Assembly: GCA_002104905.1 (NCBI GenBank)
Contig: MCFE01000126.1
Span: 1 to 64,000 of the forward strand
Length of the DNA stretch: 64,000 nucleotides
From: Basidiobolus meristosporus CBS 931.73
Taxonomy: Eukaryota; Fungi; Basidiobolomycota
Direction: 5' to 3'
Shown here: positions 39,078 through 51,446 of the stretch, one piece after another
Position numbering within the stretch: the stretch's first letter is position 1
Layout of the letters: the number at the start of each line of letters is the position of its first letter
The notes under the pieces: generated by a model
Databases searched by the model: none
What the model was told of the DNA's origin: nothing
What the model saw: the letters and a program-made list of their open reading frames with translations, nothing else
Made by a program: the position numbers and the translations under genes

Positions 39078-39388
39078 CTACCTGGAGATTTCTACATCGA
39101 TGGGGTTCGGCCGAATATATTCGACACTAGGCGGCGAGATTATAGCCTCATCATAGGATGGAGGTACCGCGATTATCTCCAAATTTTCTGGAACCTCCTC
39201 TTCGGAGGCCATAGGGAATCGTCTATCACAGTTCAACGCCTCCACCTTTGCTTTTGTTCCGTTAGTCGGCGCCAAGATGAATGAAACAGCCAGTGAAAAC
39301 TACCTCGATGGTGAATGTACATTATCCCGAAGATTGGTACCAGAACGCAACATGAAACGGCAAGTATAAGCGAAACATCGCTTCTCAT
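39078..39388 (-). CDS. Putative small single-pass membrane protein with PPSY motif (exons 39388-39304, 39250-39078)
   Basis: TATAAATA at ~39445(-). A GTAGTT donor, GACTAAC branch site and AAG acceptor give a 53-nt intron. Spliced product MRSDVSLILAVSCCVLVPIFGIMYIHHRAKVEAL...AVPPSYDEAIISPP...ISR*. Confidence 0.4.
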
Positions 39389-39855
39389 GGTGTGAAGTTG
39401 AGGCGATAGAGGAAGAAGCAAGGCCATCAGAAGGGATATATTTATATGCTGGAGATCATCAGGGCGATGGCTCTTGTGGCCTACCATGGTGTAGCTTCAG
39501 CCCGGCGACTGGTTCCGCATGCCCGCTTGATCGTACCTGTTGCATACCTGCTTAGTACCGACAAATAATACGTGCCTGAAATTCCTATGGATTGCTGAAT
39601 ACGTGGAGTGGGATGCCGACCACCGATTGGCCAATCTGGTTGGTAGGATGAAGAGAATGCTTAAATCGGATCAATCTCGCTCAACTTGCCATAAATAAGG
39701 TTTACTTGGTCATCACTCCAGCTTGCTGGGGGATTCATAAGGATGCCCCCACCTCGTTACAAGACTCGATGGCTTTCGCTCGAGGCCTGCCTCATTCGTT
39801 ACTGATGTCTCTTGATTTGCTATTTCGATTCTGGTTCACGTCGATTGGATCGGGC

Positions 39856-41860
39856 TGATTGGGATTGGATGGTGTGCGCTAGCGTGGCCGTCGTTGGATG
39901 TGTTCTATATAAACCTCCCCCATCTTCCTACCAACCCTCATCCAAAAAAAACCTCTTAGCTGTGCTAAAAGATGGTGAATCTAGCCTCAAATCTGTTCAG
40001 TGTGCTCCTTATCGTCGCCACTTTCATGGCCTCCTCGACCGAGGCGCTTCCTACTCAGGCTGCGGCCTCCTGCCCTGGTCAGCTGAATCAGACTGAGGTG
40101 GTGTCTGGTACGCACAGCAAACTCGCCAGCATCTCCGTCTTCGCCTCTTCCTGTTCTCGCCAGTTCACCTTCGATAATGGCCAATGCACGGACTGGGCTG
40201 ATGCTCGCTACTACGAGCTGACATGTCAACATGTCGAGTGGCGGGGTGATGCCCGCACATGGCCCTCCAGTGCTCGCAATGCCAACGGATGGGTTGTCTC
40301 GGGCAAGCCACGAGCTCCGTCCATCATTGTGATTCAGCCAGGGTACCAAGGTTGCGGGTCAACCGGTCATGTCGCTGTGGTGGAGCGGATCAACAAGGAC
40401 GGCAGTGTGTACACTAGCAACTGGAACTACAAATTCAGTGGGCGAGGAGGCACCTACTCCACCTCGTATGGCAACTTCGAGACCGGGGCCGGAGTCTCAT
40501 TCCTTTGGCATCAGTAGTCACTTGTGTCACTAGGTTTGGAGCTAGCTTAGAATAGAGAGTCTCTTGTGGATAAAACCCAAATGGCTGCCATTTCATATCG
40601 CCACATATCTATTCCGGTAATAAATACGAAAGACTTCATTGAATCCGAATATTTTGCTTGATCTAGCCAGTACTTGATTGGTTGGGATAGGATTGGATTG
40701 AACAGAGTGGCTGTAGACAAACTATGGGGGCAAACAGAGGCGAGCAACTTCGGCAAAGCTGGATTGATTCCGCTTGCCCTGGCATTTATCCGCTCACAAA
40801 TGATTGAATCAATCACCATGATACAGACGAGAACAACCAATAGCCTGGTCACTTGTAACTAATAGATGAGATTATCGTTCAATGCAGGTGCCAGCAGTTG
40901 ATAATCCACGATTGGATTGAATCCCCAGATCGAGATGGAACATATCCAACCGGATAATACGTGGTGGAAGAGGGATTGAAACCATGCTGGTCAAAGCGGA
41001 CCGATTTGGAAGATGCGCTAGGAACATGGTGGTGGGGGTTTTTTTAGAGAGCCCTCCCGGTCCATCGTGTTCGAATCAGAATCCCTTTCTTAGGTGTTAT
41101 CTGATCCCTTGAACAATTGCCAGTCTGTGTGACAGCGATTCGATTCGTTGTGCTTGACAAGTTTACTTGACCATTGGAAGATTTAGATTGGATTGGGTTG
41201 ATTGGGATTGGATGGTGTGCGCTAGCGTGGCCGTCGTTGGATGTGTTCTATATAAACCTCCCCCATCTTCCTACCAACCCTCATCCAAAAAAAACCTCTT
41301 AGCTGTGCTAAAAGATGGTGAATCTAGCCTCAAATCTGTTCAGTGTGCTCCTTATCGTCGCCACTTTCATGGCCTCCTCGACCGAGGCGCTTCCTACTCG
41401 AGCTGTGGCCTCCAGTCCTGGTCAGCTGAATCAGACTGAGGTGGTGTCTGGTACGCACAGCAAGCTCGCCAAGCATCTCCGTCTTAGCCTCTTCCTGTTC
41501 TCGCCAGTTCACCTTCGATAATGGCCAATGCACGGACTGGGCTGATGCTCGCTACTACGAGCTGACATGTCAACATGTCGAGTGGCGGGGTGATGCCCGC
41601 ACATGGCCCTCCAGTGCTCGCAATGCCAACGGATGGGTTGTCTCGGGCAAGCCACGAGCTCCGTCCATCATTGTGATTCAGCCAGGGTACCAAGGTTGCG
41701 GGTCAACCGGTCATGTCGCTGTGGTGGAGCGGATCAACAAGGACGGCAGTGTGTACACTAGCAACTGGAACTACAAATTCAGTGGGCGAGGAGGCACCTA
41801 CTCCACGTCGTATGGCAACTTCGAGACCGGGGCCGGAGTCTCATTCCTCTGGTATCAGTA
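39856..41860 (+). repeat. Direct duplication of ~660 bp (39856-40516 and 41199-41860) covering CHAP promoter and CDS
   Basis: Near-identical sequence at offset ~1343. Confidence 0.95.
39972..40517 (+). CDS. Secreted CHAP-domain (Cys/His amidohydrolase) protein, copy 1
   Basis: Signal peptide, then FDNGQCTDWA (catalytic Cys), WRGDARTW, GHVAVVE (catalytic His) and SNWNY. TATAAA at ~39908. Confidence 0.85.
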   Translation: MVNLASNLFSVLLIVATFMASSTEALPTQAAASCPGQLNQTEVVSGTHSKLASISVFASSCSRQFTFDNGQCTDWADARYYELTCQHVEWRGDARTWPSSARNANGWVVSGKPRAPSIIVIQPGYQGCGSTGHVAVVERINKDGSVYTSNWNYKFSGRGGTYSTSYGNFETGAGVSFLWHQ

Positions 41861-41861
41861 A
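41315..41861 (+). pseudogene. CHAP protein copy 2, with a +1 frameshift (pseudogene or sequencing error)
   Basis: 547 nt versus 546 nt in copy 1. GCCAAGC at ~41468-41474 replaces GCCAGC. Otherwise near-identical, including the promoter. Confidence 0.75.
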
Positions 41862-42296
41862 TCCCTTGCACCACCCAAATAGATAATCACCCCCTGACCT
41901 TGCTCCGGAAAGCAGGATCTTTCACTTGGCGTCGACCATCCATTACTGTATGGTGATCATTTGACATGGTTCCTTAGAAATCCAATTAAAATCCTTCATC
42001 AGCCATACATATTTCTTTCTCTGCAACCGCACGTGTACGAGTGGTCTAGTGCAGTGAATTGTGGTAGTCTGTGCTTCCTCGTGAGCATCCATTTCCTTCC
42101 CCTGTGTATGAACAACCGAGAATCCTTTGGTTCGAGGGGGCCAGCGTTTTACCTACGACATATGTTACGGACGGGTCACTAGCCACGTATCTGAGAACGA
42201 AAACACTGGAGTGATTTCTTCATTCGGCATGGATTGTGTGACTTTCTTGATGTTCCTGATACAATTACGTGCGGCTCTCAAGACCATGAAAAAATT

Positions 42297-42369
42297 CGAC
42301 CTAACCAGGGGTCGAACCTGGGACCTTCCGCTTAGGAGGCGGACGCTCTATCCACTGAGCTACAAGGCC
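42297..42369 (-). tRNA. tRNA-Arg(CCT)
   Basis: Reverse complement GGCCTTGTAGCTCAGTGGATAGAGCGTCCGC-CTCCTAA-GCGGAAGGTCCCAGGTTCGACCCCTGGTTAGGTCG folds into a cloverleaf with one acceptor mismatch. Followed by a T6 terminator. Confidence 0.92.
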
Positions 42370-42479
42370 AATCTGTTTTTTATTACTGAGTAAGGAGTTG
42401 ATGGCAATTGGTATTAACGTATACAAAGACGACTCAGTAGCCCAGGAAAAGTAAAAAGAGACAAATCACCATACTTGAA

Positions 42480-43790
42480 TGATCATTCCCTTGAATATTT
42501 TTCTACGAATTACCATCCTAACCTTTGAAGTGATATTCTCATACTACCCCATCAAATCTAATAGATTACATACATGTTGTCTATTTACATACTCTTTAAG
42601 TCTGGCTGGAAGCAAGCACTGTTCACCCTTCATATGAAGACCTGTTCCAGAAGCTTTGATTCAATGGTTTACCATTCCAGATCAAAGAGAACAAGGCAAA
42701 TGGGGAGAGTAAGAATCTCTTACTAAAATATGTTATATGAGATCCTTAACACCAAAAATTTTGGTTTTCACCCATATCTGTGCTGTAAAAATTCGGAAAT
42801 CCACCTAAATACTCACCTAACTTAGTCACTTAAATCATTACCTACATATATTAGAGAATACTGACCAAATTCCTTGTTGGGATTTACTCAGAATATTTTC
42901 ACCAAAACACCAGGTATGCAGAACATGAAATTTCTCATGATTGTCCAAGCAGCCCCAAACTTTGCACCCATGTTCTTGGGATCTTTCTAAACATGCTCTA
43001 TGTGTTTGTCTTGCCAAGACCATGTAAAAGTAAAAATACTGCTTTTACATTCAATAAATCATTAAGTGAAAACCACATAATCTACTTGTTCTTCAAATCA
43101 CTTCCAATATCTCCAGGACTCTTATAACAATCTCAACCAATATTGAGAATTATCACCATTCTTTTCTGAAAGTAGACCTTTGGACCCGGTTGTGGTTCAA
43201 CAAATGTATATTAGTAACTTAACACTAATGGACTGGAAGGCTTAAGCTACGCTTAATCCATATAGCCAACTAGGACCACTTGCCACTCCTTTTCATTCCA
43301 GTGATTGATCTGAGGATTTTGGAGAGATTGAAAGCAACTACCTGATGACATATTGAATGTAGAAGTCAAGTTGCTACTTTTGCAAGGTCTTGGCATGATA
43401 ACTATATGCAATAAGCTTATGGAGTACTCAATAAATTGTGGACAGCTTTGAGGATGGTTATATTCTGTGTGACTAGTAATTATTGAGATATATATCAGGC
43501 AAATCACGATGTAGAATGTGGCCAGGTGATAATGAAGCAGATAAATTATAACTTAGCAATAAGCCAAGTAGAATCTTACATTATATGAATGGTTTTGGTG
43601 TAAACTAAATATTCACAACATCCAGTGTCCTGTCTGCAACTGCAGGGTAGGCACTTACTCACAAGCTAAATCATTGATCTGAAGTAGTATAGTGACATTC
43701 TACATCATTAGTCACTACTCTGGATGTGTTGTTGACTCATTTCATCCATATGTATGTAAATAGCATTGAACTTTGTCTTCATACTGTGAC
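42480..43790. mobile_element. CpG-poor repeat tract containing a copia LTR 3'-end fragment (~43055-43128)
   Basis: AAATCATTAAGTGAAAACCACATAATCTACTTG..ATCACTTCCAATATC..GACTCTTA matches 61715-61780, which precedes the copia PBS. Also holds the inverted copy of the 6185 repeat. Confidence 0.6.
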
Positions 43791-44605
43791 TGCTCTAACT
43801 TGCGCTCCCCTATTGCATAGAGCAAAGCATGTCACAATGACAATGGGAATCATTGTTACACATGTGTCTTAAGTACCATTTATCAGTATCAACGATTACC
43901 AAACAAGTCACAATATGTGATATTAGTTGACAATATCGTGATCTTTGACAGTTCGAAAAATCAAGTGCTAGCATGTAGCTTCATGTGACACCACCATACC
44001 CAACAACTTCAAATATAACTGAAGAATGATTTGAATATTTACTCGGAACAGTAATTGACGAACTTCGTCCATTAGATAATTGTTGTTTATGAGAAATTAG
44101 GTTAGACAATGATGGATATCAACTACTGATAATATTGATTTGTGTATGTCATTTTCTTATCACGATAGTGAAACATGATGTAAACATATTCTCTTAATTA
44201 CACTCCTGCTCGTATCTATTTCCGCACCAAAGGGCCCCATTGAACCTGGCAAAAAAAGGATATTTTGGCAATTACTGACCGATTACAGGTTTAATTCGGG
44301 TCATAACACAATGCGAATACTCACTCTTGTTGTGAGACCCGGGCTCTTGATTTCAAGCCTGGGTCTGTAAGCCACTTTGCGCAACATTGGTTTGAAATAG
44401 AACTACATATCCAAACTTTGTCCAGTCGAATCCTTTCATAGATGACAACAATGGTCCACCCCAACTCCAACGCTTGGCGTGGTATCAGTACAGCTATGAA
44501 TGAGCCATTATGAGGAACGGCTCAAATCAAATTAGATCTAACATAACCCTAGCAGTTGCTTATGCTTGCGTTACAATAAAACCAATAGCTTCGGCAAAAC
44601 GAAAA

Positions 44606-44678
44606 CGAGGCGCATGGGACTCGAACCCACAATCCCCAGATCCGAAGTCTGATGCCTTATCCATTAGGCCAACGCCCC
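44606..44678 (-). tRNA. tRNA-Arg(TCG)
   Basis: Reverse complement GGGGCGTTGGCCTAATGGATAAGGCATCAGA-CTTCGGA-TCTGGGGATTGTGGGTTCGAGTCCCATGCGCCTCG, followed by TTTT. Confidence 0.93.
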
Positions 44679-44892
44679 ACTCGTTGTTCTTGTCCAAACT
44701 ATGCTTTACTACAGGTAATTACTTAATGATATCACACACTTCAAATATTTTTGTGATTTAATGCACAAAGGTGGTCGCTCATAATTACCAAACTGTTTAA
44801 TCCAATTTCAGACAAGTATACAATAAAAATAGAAGTCTCAACCAATTACAGTCATGGTGATTGACAATGAAGACATGAAATCTACGGAGCCT

Positions 44893-46192
44893 TTACCAAC
44901 CACCCATTCTTCCCTTTTCGGACTCTAACCGATTGTATAACAAGTAGAGGGCCATTTGGTTGGATTCCGGTGTACCAGTGATGGTGACGAGTCTCTCATT
45001 GGTATTTCCTTGTGGTTCAGCAATTTTGATATGAGAACCAGACATGTGACGAATTTCATTGATTTTACTGCCTCCCTTCCCAATGATACAGCCAACCATA
45101 TCGTTAGGAATGAAGATTTGCTGAGATTGGGAGCCTGGGCCGGAGTGTCCATGTGGACCACCCCCCATTTCCCTGTTCATTGGTGGCATGGGTGGGTATC
45201 CACCACCATGGGGGCCAGGATGGCCATAGAAGGCTGGAGGTGGGCTCATGCCTGGCATTGGCCCGTACATCATTGGGAAGCGAGGCTGTGGGCGATAAGG
45301 GATGTGATTAGGAAGAGGACGATCCATATACTCTTGAAGGATTTGTGCAATATGATATACTGCTATGTGGATAGCATCTGGCACTCCGACCACTGTGATG
45401 GTGCGCTCAGTAGAGTTCGGTAGCATTTCCTCCGACGCATTCAACTTGGCCCCTGAGGCCTCTTGAATCTCCTTAATCTTGGATCCTCCTTTGCCGATAA
45501 CAGAGCCCATACGGGTATGGGGAACCAACAAACGGATGGTGGCACCCTGGGGGCTGGCCGACTGGGATGGGTCGTTGGAATCGTCGATTAGCTTTTGTGC
45601 GACAAGGGAATAGGCCTGGTAGAGGAAACGAAAGGAAAGGAAACAAGATCAGCGAATTGACTGTTATCATGGAACTAAAAGGCTGTAGGCTCGTCTGTAT
45701 TCAGAGCTGAATCACTTGCGAATTTACCTTGGCAATCGTGTCGATTGGTCCGGATACAGTGAGAACTCTATCAGGAACGCCGGACACTTGTTCAGAGATA
45801 TTGATGCGGGCACACGCACGCTCTCGGATTTCTTTCACAGAAGAACCACCCTTACCAATGATGATTCCTGCTTCTTTCACAAGAACGATGGAGCGTAAAG
45901 ACATGGAGGGGGGTGCACCTGCACTTCTCTCTTTCCCAGCGTCTTCAATATTCTCCTCGCTACGCTCACTTCTTCTGTCTGGTGAACGGCCGCGTTCCTC
46001 GGAGCGATCTCTTCGAGATCTTTTTTCGACGGGTGAACGTTCTCTTCTGTTCTCTTTTCTGGGTCGGTTTTCCTCATCATTGCTGACAGCGGCTCTTTTG
46101 CTGCTGGAATGATGCGCGCCGGAATCCGAGTTGGAATCGTCATCGGAAAGATGACGCTTCCGATCTGGGGAGGGTTCGTGATCACTGGGCAT
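44893..46192 (-). CDS. Three-KH-domain RNA-binding protein (hnRNP K/PCBP, Hek2/Pbp2/Rnc1 family), 395 aa; exons 46192-45728 and 45615-44893
   Basis: Three GxxG loops (IIGKGG, VIGKGG, IIGKGG). GTAAAT...CAG intron 45727-45616 joins the two ORFs in frame (TIAK/AYSLVAQKL). Confidence 0.9.
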
Positions 46193-47398
46193 ATTTACTG
46201 AGGGGTTGGTTCGTGGTAGACGATAGGTGAGGAAGAGTGCACTGAGCCTAAAGTAAACATTGGTGCGTCAAGGGTTATGAGCAAAAGGGGAAACCCAAAT
46301 AGAGAAAGGCATATTTTGGGTAGGAATGGGAAGGACTGTACCAATAGAGAGGCGGGTGGTATTTTGGGAAAGTGTAAGGTTGTAGATGATTGTTTTGATG
46401 AGGAAACGGGACGAAAAGGTGGGAGACAACCAGAGGGGAGTGGAGGTCTGTCTAAGAATAGTGGCAGATCCGTACGGTTAGCTTGTGATGTGACTTGGCT
46501 GTTAGGAATTAAATTGAACTGAGACGACCTACCTCAGCAACTGAAGAAGTAAATACAAAGGGTTAGTAGCAAAAACAGTCAACAAGGTAACTTGTGGTTT
46601 CTATATAACCAAGTATACTTCACCAATGAGTTTCTAACCAAGGTGAAGACAACACCCCCCCCCGTGTCACGTTTTTTTCAGGCAGCCGATTTTTTTCGAC
46701 AAATCATTTTTCAAAACTGGGCATCACAGATCTCAGAAAGATCAGTAATTGAATATTGCCCTAGCAGCGATTGGGCTTTAGCGCTACGTCTTAATGGAGG
46801 AATGGCTGCATTGAAAATGATCGAGATACCTCAGTTTGCCATCGCCCCTATTCTGCACCAAATGACACACAGCAAGGACTTTTCATCATGCGTGCACTCA
46901 TTTGCCAAGCGAGACTCCTCTCTGAAGTAACACCTGACTACGCTCTCTAAACACCGTAGCACCTCGTTATTTGCTAATCAATATCACATCATCAATAAGG
47001 GAAAGCCGATTCCACCGAAGCTACATGTTACTCATCTTTGGACTGATCAAATGAGAGTTCCATTGAAGAAATCATCGACGTCACTCCCATCTAAGTGCAG
47101 CAAGCAAGCTTTCTCCAGTATCAAATCACGAATGGCACTCACTCTTGAGTGAGGTATCACGAGGCTACAGCCAGTCTCATAGGGCATGGCTAATCAGATT
47201 ATGGGGAGAAGGGGAAGGATAATCTTACTAATAATCACAGTTTTAAATATAGATTTTCCGAAAAAGAAAGTCCATCTCACTTGATCACATTGTTCCCTCA
47301 GCGGTATATAAGCTGCACCTCCGTCTCCGCCAAGGACTTAATCGTTCCATCTTCATTCCTTGCTCTTCTTCTACGTTCTATTCACTCCCTTCTTAAAC

Positions 47399-47626
47399 AT
47401 GGCCAAAATCCAAGGAAAGAAAATCGCCAAGTGTACCGCTAGCGGATGCTCCAACCGCGCCGTTCGCATTGTCGGCGACTGCCGTTATTGTCAGCACAAA
47501 TTCTGTGGACAGCATCGACTTCCCGAAACCCACGCCTGTCCCAACCTAACGACGTGCAAGCAAAACTCCTTCAAAACGCTTGCCGATCGTCTCCTCAGCG
47601 AGAAGTGTGTTGCTAGTAAGGTATAG
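47399..47626 (+). CDS. AN1-type zinc-finger microprotein 1 (75 aa)
   Basis: C-x4-C...CRYC-x3-FC-x2-HRLPE-x-HAC pattern. TATATAA at ~47306. Confidence 0.85.
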   Translation: MAKIQGKKIAKCTASGCSNRAVRIVGDCRYCQHKFCGQHRLPETHACPNLTTCKQNSFKTLADRLLSEKCVASKV

Positions 47627-48651
47627 AGCCTTCCATCAGCACCTCCACGTGCCTTCATCTTGCCTCATTCACTTGGGGAGAAACTGCCGTTGACCCTTGG
47701 ACCGTAAGGAGGGATATGTTACTACCCTGAATAGAACCCTACCACTAGATTCAGAAACCACTCGCGATACTCTGTACTATAGATAATACTGTATATTAAT
47801 ACTGTTATTCAGCACATCAACAGAGCTCACTCAGGCTCATTGAGCTCTAACTAGAATAAACAACATCCACTTGAATACAAAATGGTTTGCTCAGTAGTGC
47901 TCCTCCTATTCAATAATCCACTCCGTCTACATACACACGTCAGCTCAGCATTTCATGAACCACGATCAGGCACTGAGATCGGGCTAAAATAGGCTAATCG
48001 AGGGATGTGCTGTAGACAGAGACAATCCGGCGAATTTGAGTAAAGTTAAGCAACTCGCGGTTGGGAGAAGAGTCCGCGAGGGCGAGGGGGTGTCGAGAGT
48101 GCGAAATCTGGTTGTGAGCAACACACATGCTCAATATGGGTCCAGACTTGAAACCGGATTCCGGGGGCTACATTTTATTGGCAATTCGATGTACGGATGG
48201 ATTCTGGACTCGTAAGCAGGATCGAAGGCGACCCGGGATCCGTATATCTGGCCAATTATGGCGTTGAGGGCGGATTGTCAGAGGCCCATGGATAGCTTAT
48301 ATTTAAGTGATTCGAGCGAACGACCCAATGGCGCGCCGCCGTCGAGAAATCCCGGCGCAGATTCCATTGGGTGATCCTCATGAGACCTTCTCCAGTGATC
48401 TATTCGTTGCGGTTGACATTAGTTCCACTAATTCCCCCGAAACTGCATCTACGGCACCATCAGTTACTGAATTGCCCATTGTTTGAAGCTGAGTATATCC
48501 TAGTATGGCTAATTCAGTCTCCAAAGCCACATTTTCCAAGTCAAATGACTAGCCACATAAATTGCCCCTTCCACCGAGTATAAAGCCAGCGAGTACCACC
48601 GAGCTGCTCTTCATTTCACTTCCAAACCACCACCTCCTTCTGCTCCACACC

Positions 48652-48867
48652 ATGATCAAGAAAGCCGCCAAATGCTCTGTCCCCAACTGCCACGATCGTG
48701 CTGTGCGCATCATTGGGGAATGTAGATATTGCGAACACAAATTCTGCGGCAAGCACCGTTTACCCGAGGCCCACGTTTGTCCCAACCTCACCACATGCAA
48801 GCAGAACTCCTTTGAGCGGTACGCCGACCGACTCCTCAGCGAAAAATGTGTTGCGAGCAAAGTTTAA
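48652..48867 (+). CDS. AN1-type zinc-finger microprotein 2 (71 aa)
   Basis: Same motif. TATAAA at ~48579. Start taken at the ATG nearest the finger. Confidence 0.85.
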   Translation: MIKKAAKCSVPNCHDRAVRIIGECRYCEHKFCGKHRLPEAHVCPNLTTCKQNSFERYADRLLSEKCVASKV

Positions 48868-49473
48868 AGCTTATATTCCCCCAGTTCCGCCAATACTCAC
48901 CGGTTCCAAATGCCGGTCACTCTTACGCAGTCAAGTGCCGCTGAGTCGACGGATCTTCCGGAATTCTGTACCACCACCGTCCCTATTGCCAATTAATTGC
49001 CACCGGCCAATGGGCGCCTTCGATGAATTGATCCCACCTCATATCCAAGCTATTGTATTATTATCGACATCTATATAGAACTAGAGCCTGCTCAATCATA
49101 AGCGAGCTGGAGCACCTTGCATAAGCAATAAATTCATTTTCCAATCCATTTGAGTCCAGATGTTTTTCCCAGCCTCTCGCAGCCATATCGCGCTGTCCCA
49201 GCTGTCCACCTGTCTCATTGTCCGCAAGCACGCACCAACGTGTAGGGTTCGAGTAATCGCCATCGACGTGGTTTGGTGGTGTGGTACGGTGCGGTGCGTG
49301 TGGAGAAAAATCAAGAAGGTTCTAGAGTGTATTGGCTAATTACAAATATTTATTACAAATTAATGGTGGTGATGGTGGCGGGTTCCATGCAGAATGGTAC
49401 TAATACAATTTTTAACACCTCGTTCTGGAGATAGATTTACAATGTGGCGGTTGCGTCGGGCGCCAATTGCCCG

Positions 49474-49692
49474 TTAAACCTTGCTAGCGACGCACTTCTC
49501 GCTGAGCAGACGATCGGCATAGATCTTGAAGGAGTTCTGTTTGCAAGTGACCAGGTTTGGGCAGGCATGGGTTTCGGGGATGCGGTGCTGTCCGCAGAAT
49601 TTGTGTTCGCAGTAGCGGCATTCGCCGACGATGCGAATGGCGCGGTTGGAGCAGCTGGTCATGGTGCATCTGGTGGCAGTTTTTCCGGACAT
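49474..49692 (-). CDS. AN1-type zinc-finger microprotein 3 (72 aa)
   Basis: MSGKTATRC...HRIPETHACP...[15 protein letters not shown] at ~49790(-). Confidence 0.85.
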   Translation of the reverse strand: MSGKTATRCTMTSCSNRAIRIVGECRYCEHKFCGQHRIPETHACPNLVTCKQNSFKIYADRLLSEKCVASKV

Positions 49693-50948
49693 ATTGTTTT
49701 GTATTGGTGTTGGAGAACGGGGGGTTATGGAATCAATGGATTTCAAGTGGATTGCTTGCTCTCTACCAAGTGCGGAGGATCACTTTTATACGCTGTGGCG
49801 ATTACCTCACCTCACCGACAGCTTCGTGTCGATTCGGACATTTTTGGAATCTCCATCTGTTCCAGAATCCCATCTGGAATTCGGTGGATGATTTCTCAGT
49901 CGAATTTAACCCGAATCGATCTGTTGGCTAGAGTGGTGTCGATTATGCAAATGATTAGTGCCTAACATGGGCAGGTTGACGACCATGTCACAGTTACGGA
50001 AACCTTATTAAACCTAACACATGATTTCTCTCCTCATAACACCATATGCAGCGGGCCACTCCATTCTGAAGCTATGATCTATACTTCTTGGGGATATGAG
50101 TTCGCTTAAGGCAGCCGGTGATTATCCTGCACGATCAATCCGCATCCTTCGCCATCCGGCATAGCCGATTCCAGAATAGTGGATGCTCCACCTTCAGGAG
50201 TCCTTTCCGACGGTTTTGCTGATAACACTGTGCTTTCTCCCTGGCTACTCAGTCTTACTCTTGTCAATGGCTATGTGCATCCAGGTGATCTGCCAATATG
50301 GAACTAGGTTTTGGAAGGCTGCTTGTGGAGCGTGGCTCAAGTGTTAAATCTAGAACATTTCTGACCCTCCGAAGGAAATCCGGATGCTTGTGGAACCGTT
50401 CCATTTGGTAATCCCCTTGGTTTGGTTGTCTGGGGGAGAGGGGTGAGGTGTAGATTGAGCCTCTCTAATCTTGGTCCTCACGTGAACTCCACCATTTAAA
50501 ACCAAATCGAACCTCATGAGTGAAGTGCTAAATATATTGCCAATAATACGAACATTCAATACCAAATCCGACTAATGCGTCACCATATTTGGTAGCAGCA
50601 TCTCCTATTCATTTTTCTATATTCAAGCGATGGGCTATATGGGAAAAGGTGATAGGTTTGTTTGGTAGATTGCGTCCAAATTGGAAGCCCATATTGGGGA
50701 ATATAATGGACGTATCGAATTTAATGCGAACCAAATTGTTCGTGTGGTGCTGGTGCTGCGTCCCATTATAGAGTGGATGCCCACTCAATCATTTCCATAT
50801 ATTCGAAGGAACTTCCCCGAAAATCCTCATACATCCGATCCCTTGGGTCAGGTGACGGTGCCGTATTCATTACGCGTACATTAGAAATCAACGCTGACAT
50901 TTCCGATCACAATAGGACTTGACTGGTATTTCCTATATAAAGATGTGA

Positions 50949-51446
<498 letters not shown>

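Noticed and set aside
44334-44374. Stem-loop AGACCCGGGCTCTTGATTTCAAGCCTGGGTCT as an ncRNA
   Set aside because: Isolated hairpin with no snoRNA boxes or tRNA fold.
48990-49010. Rpn4/PACE-like GGTGGCAAT element
   Set aside because: One mismatch, and it lies between convergent 3' ends rather than in a promoter.
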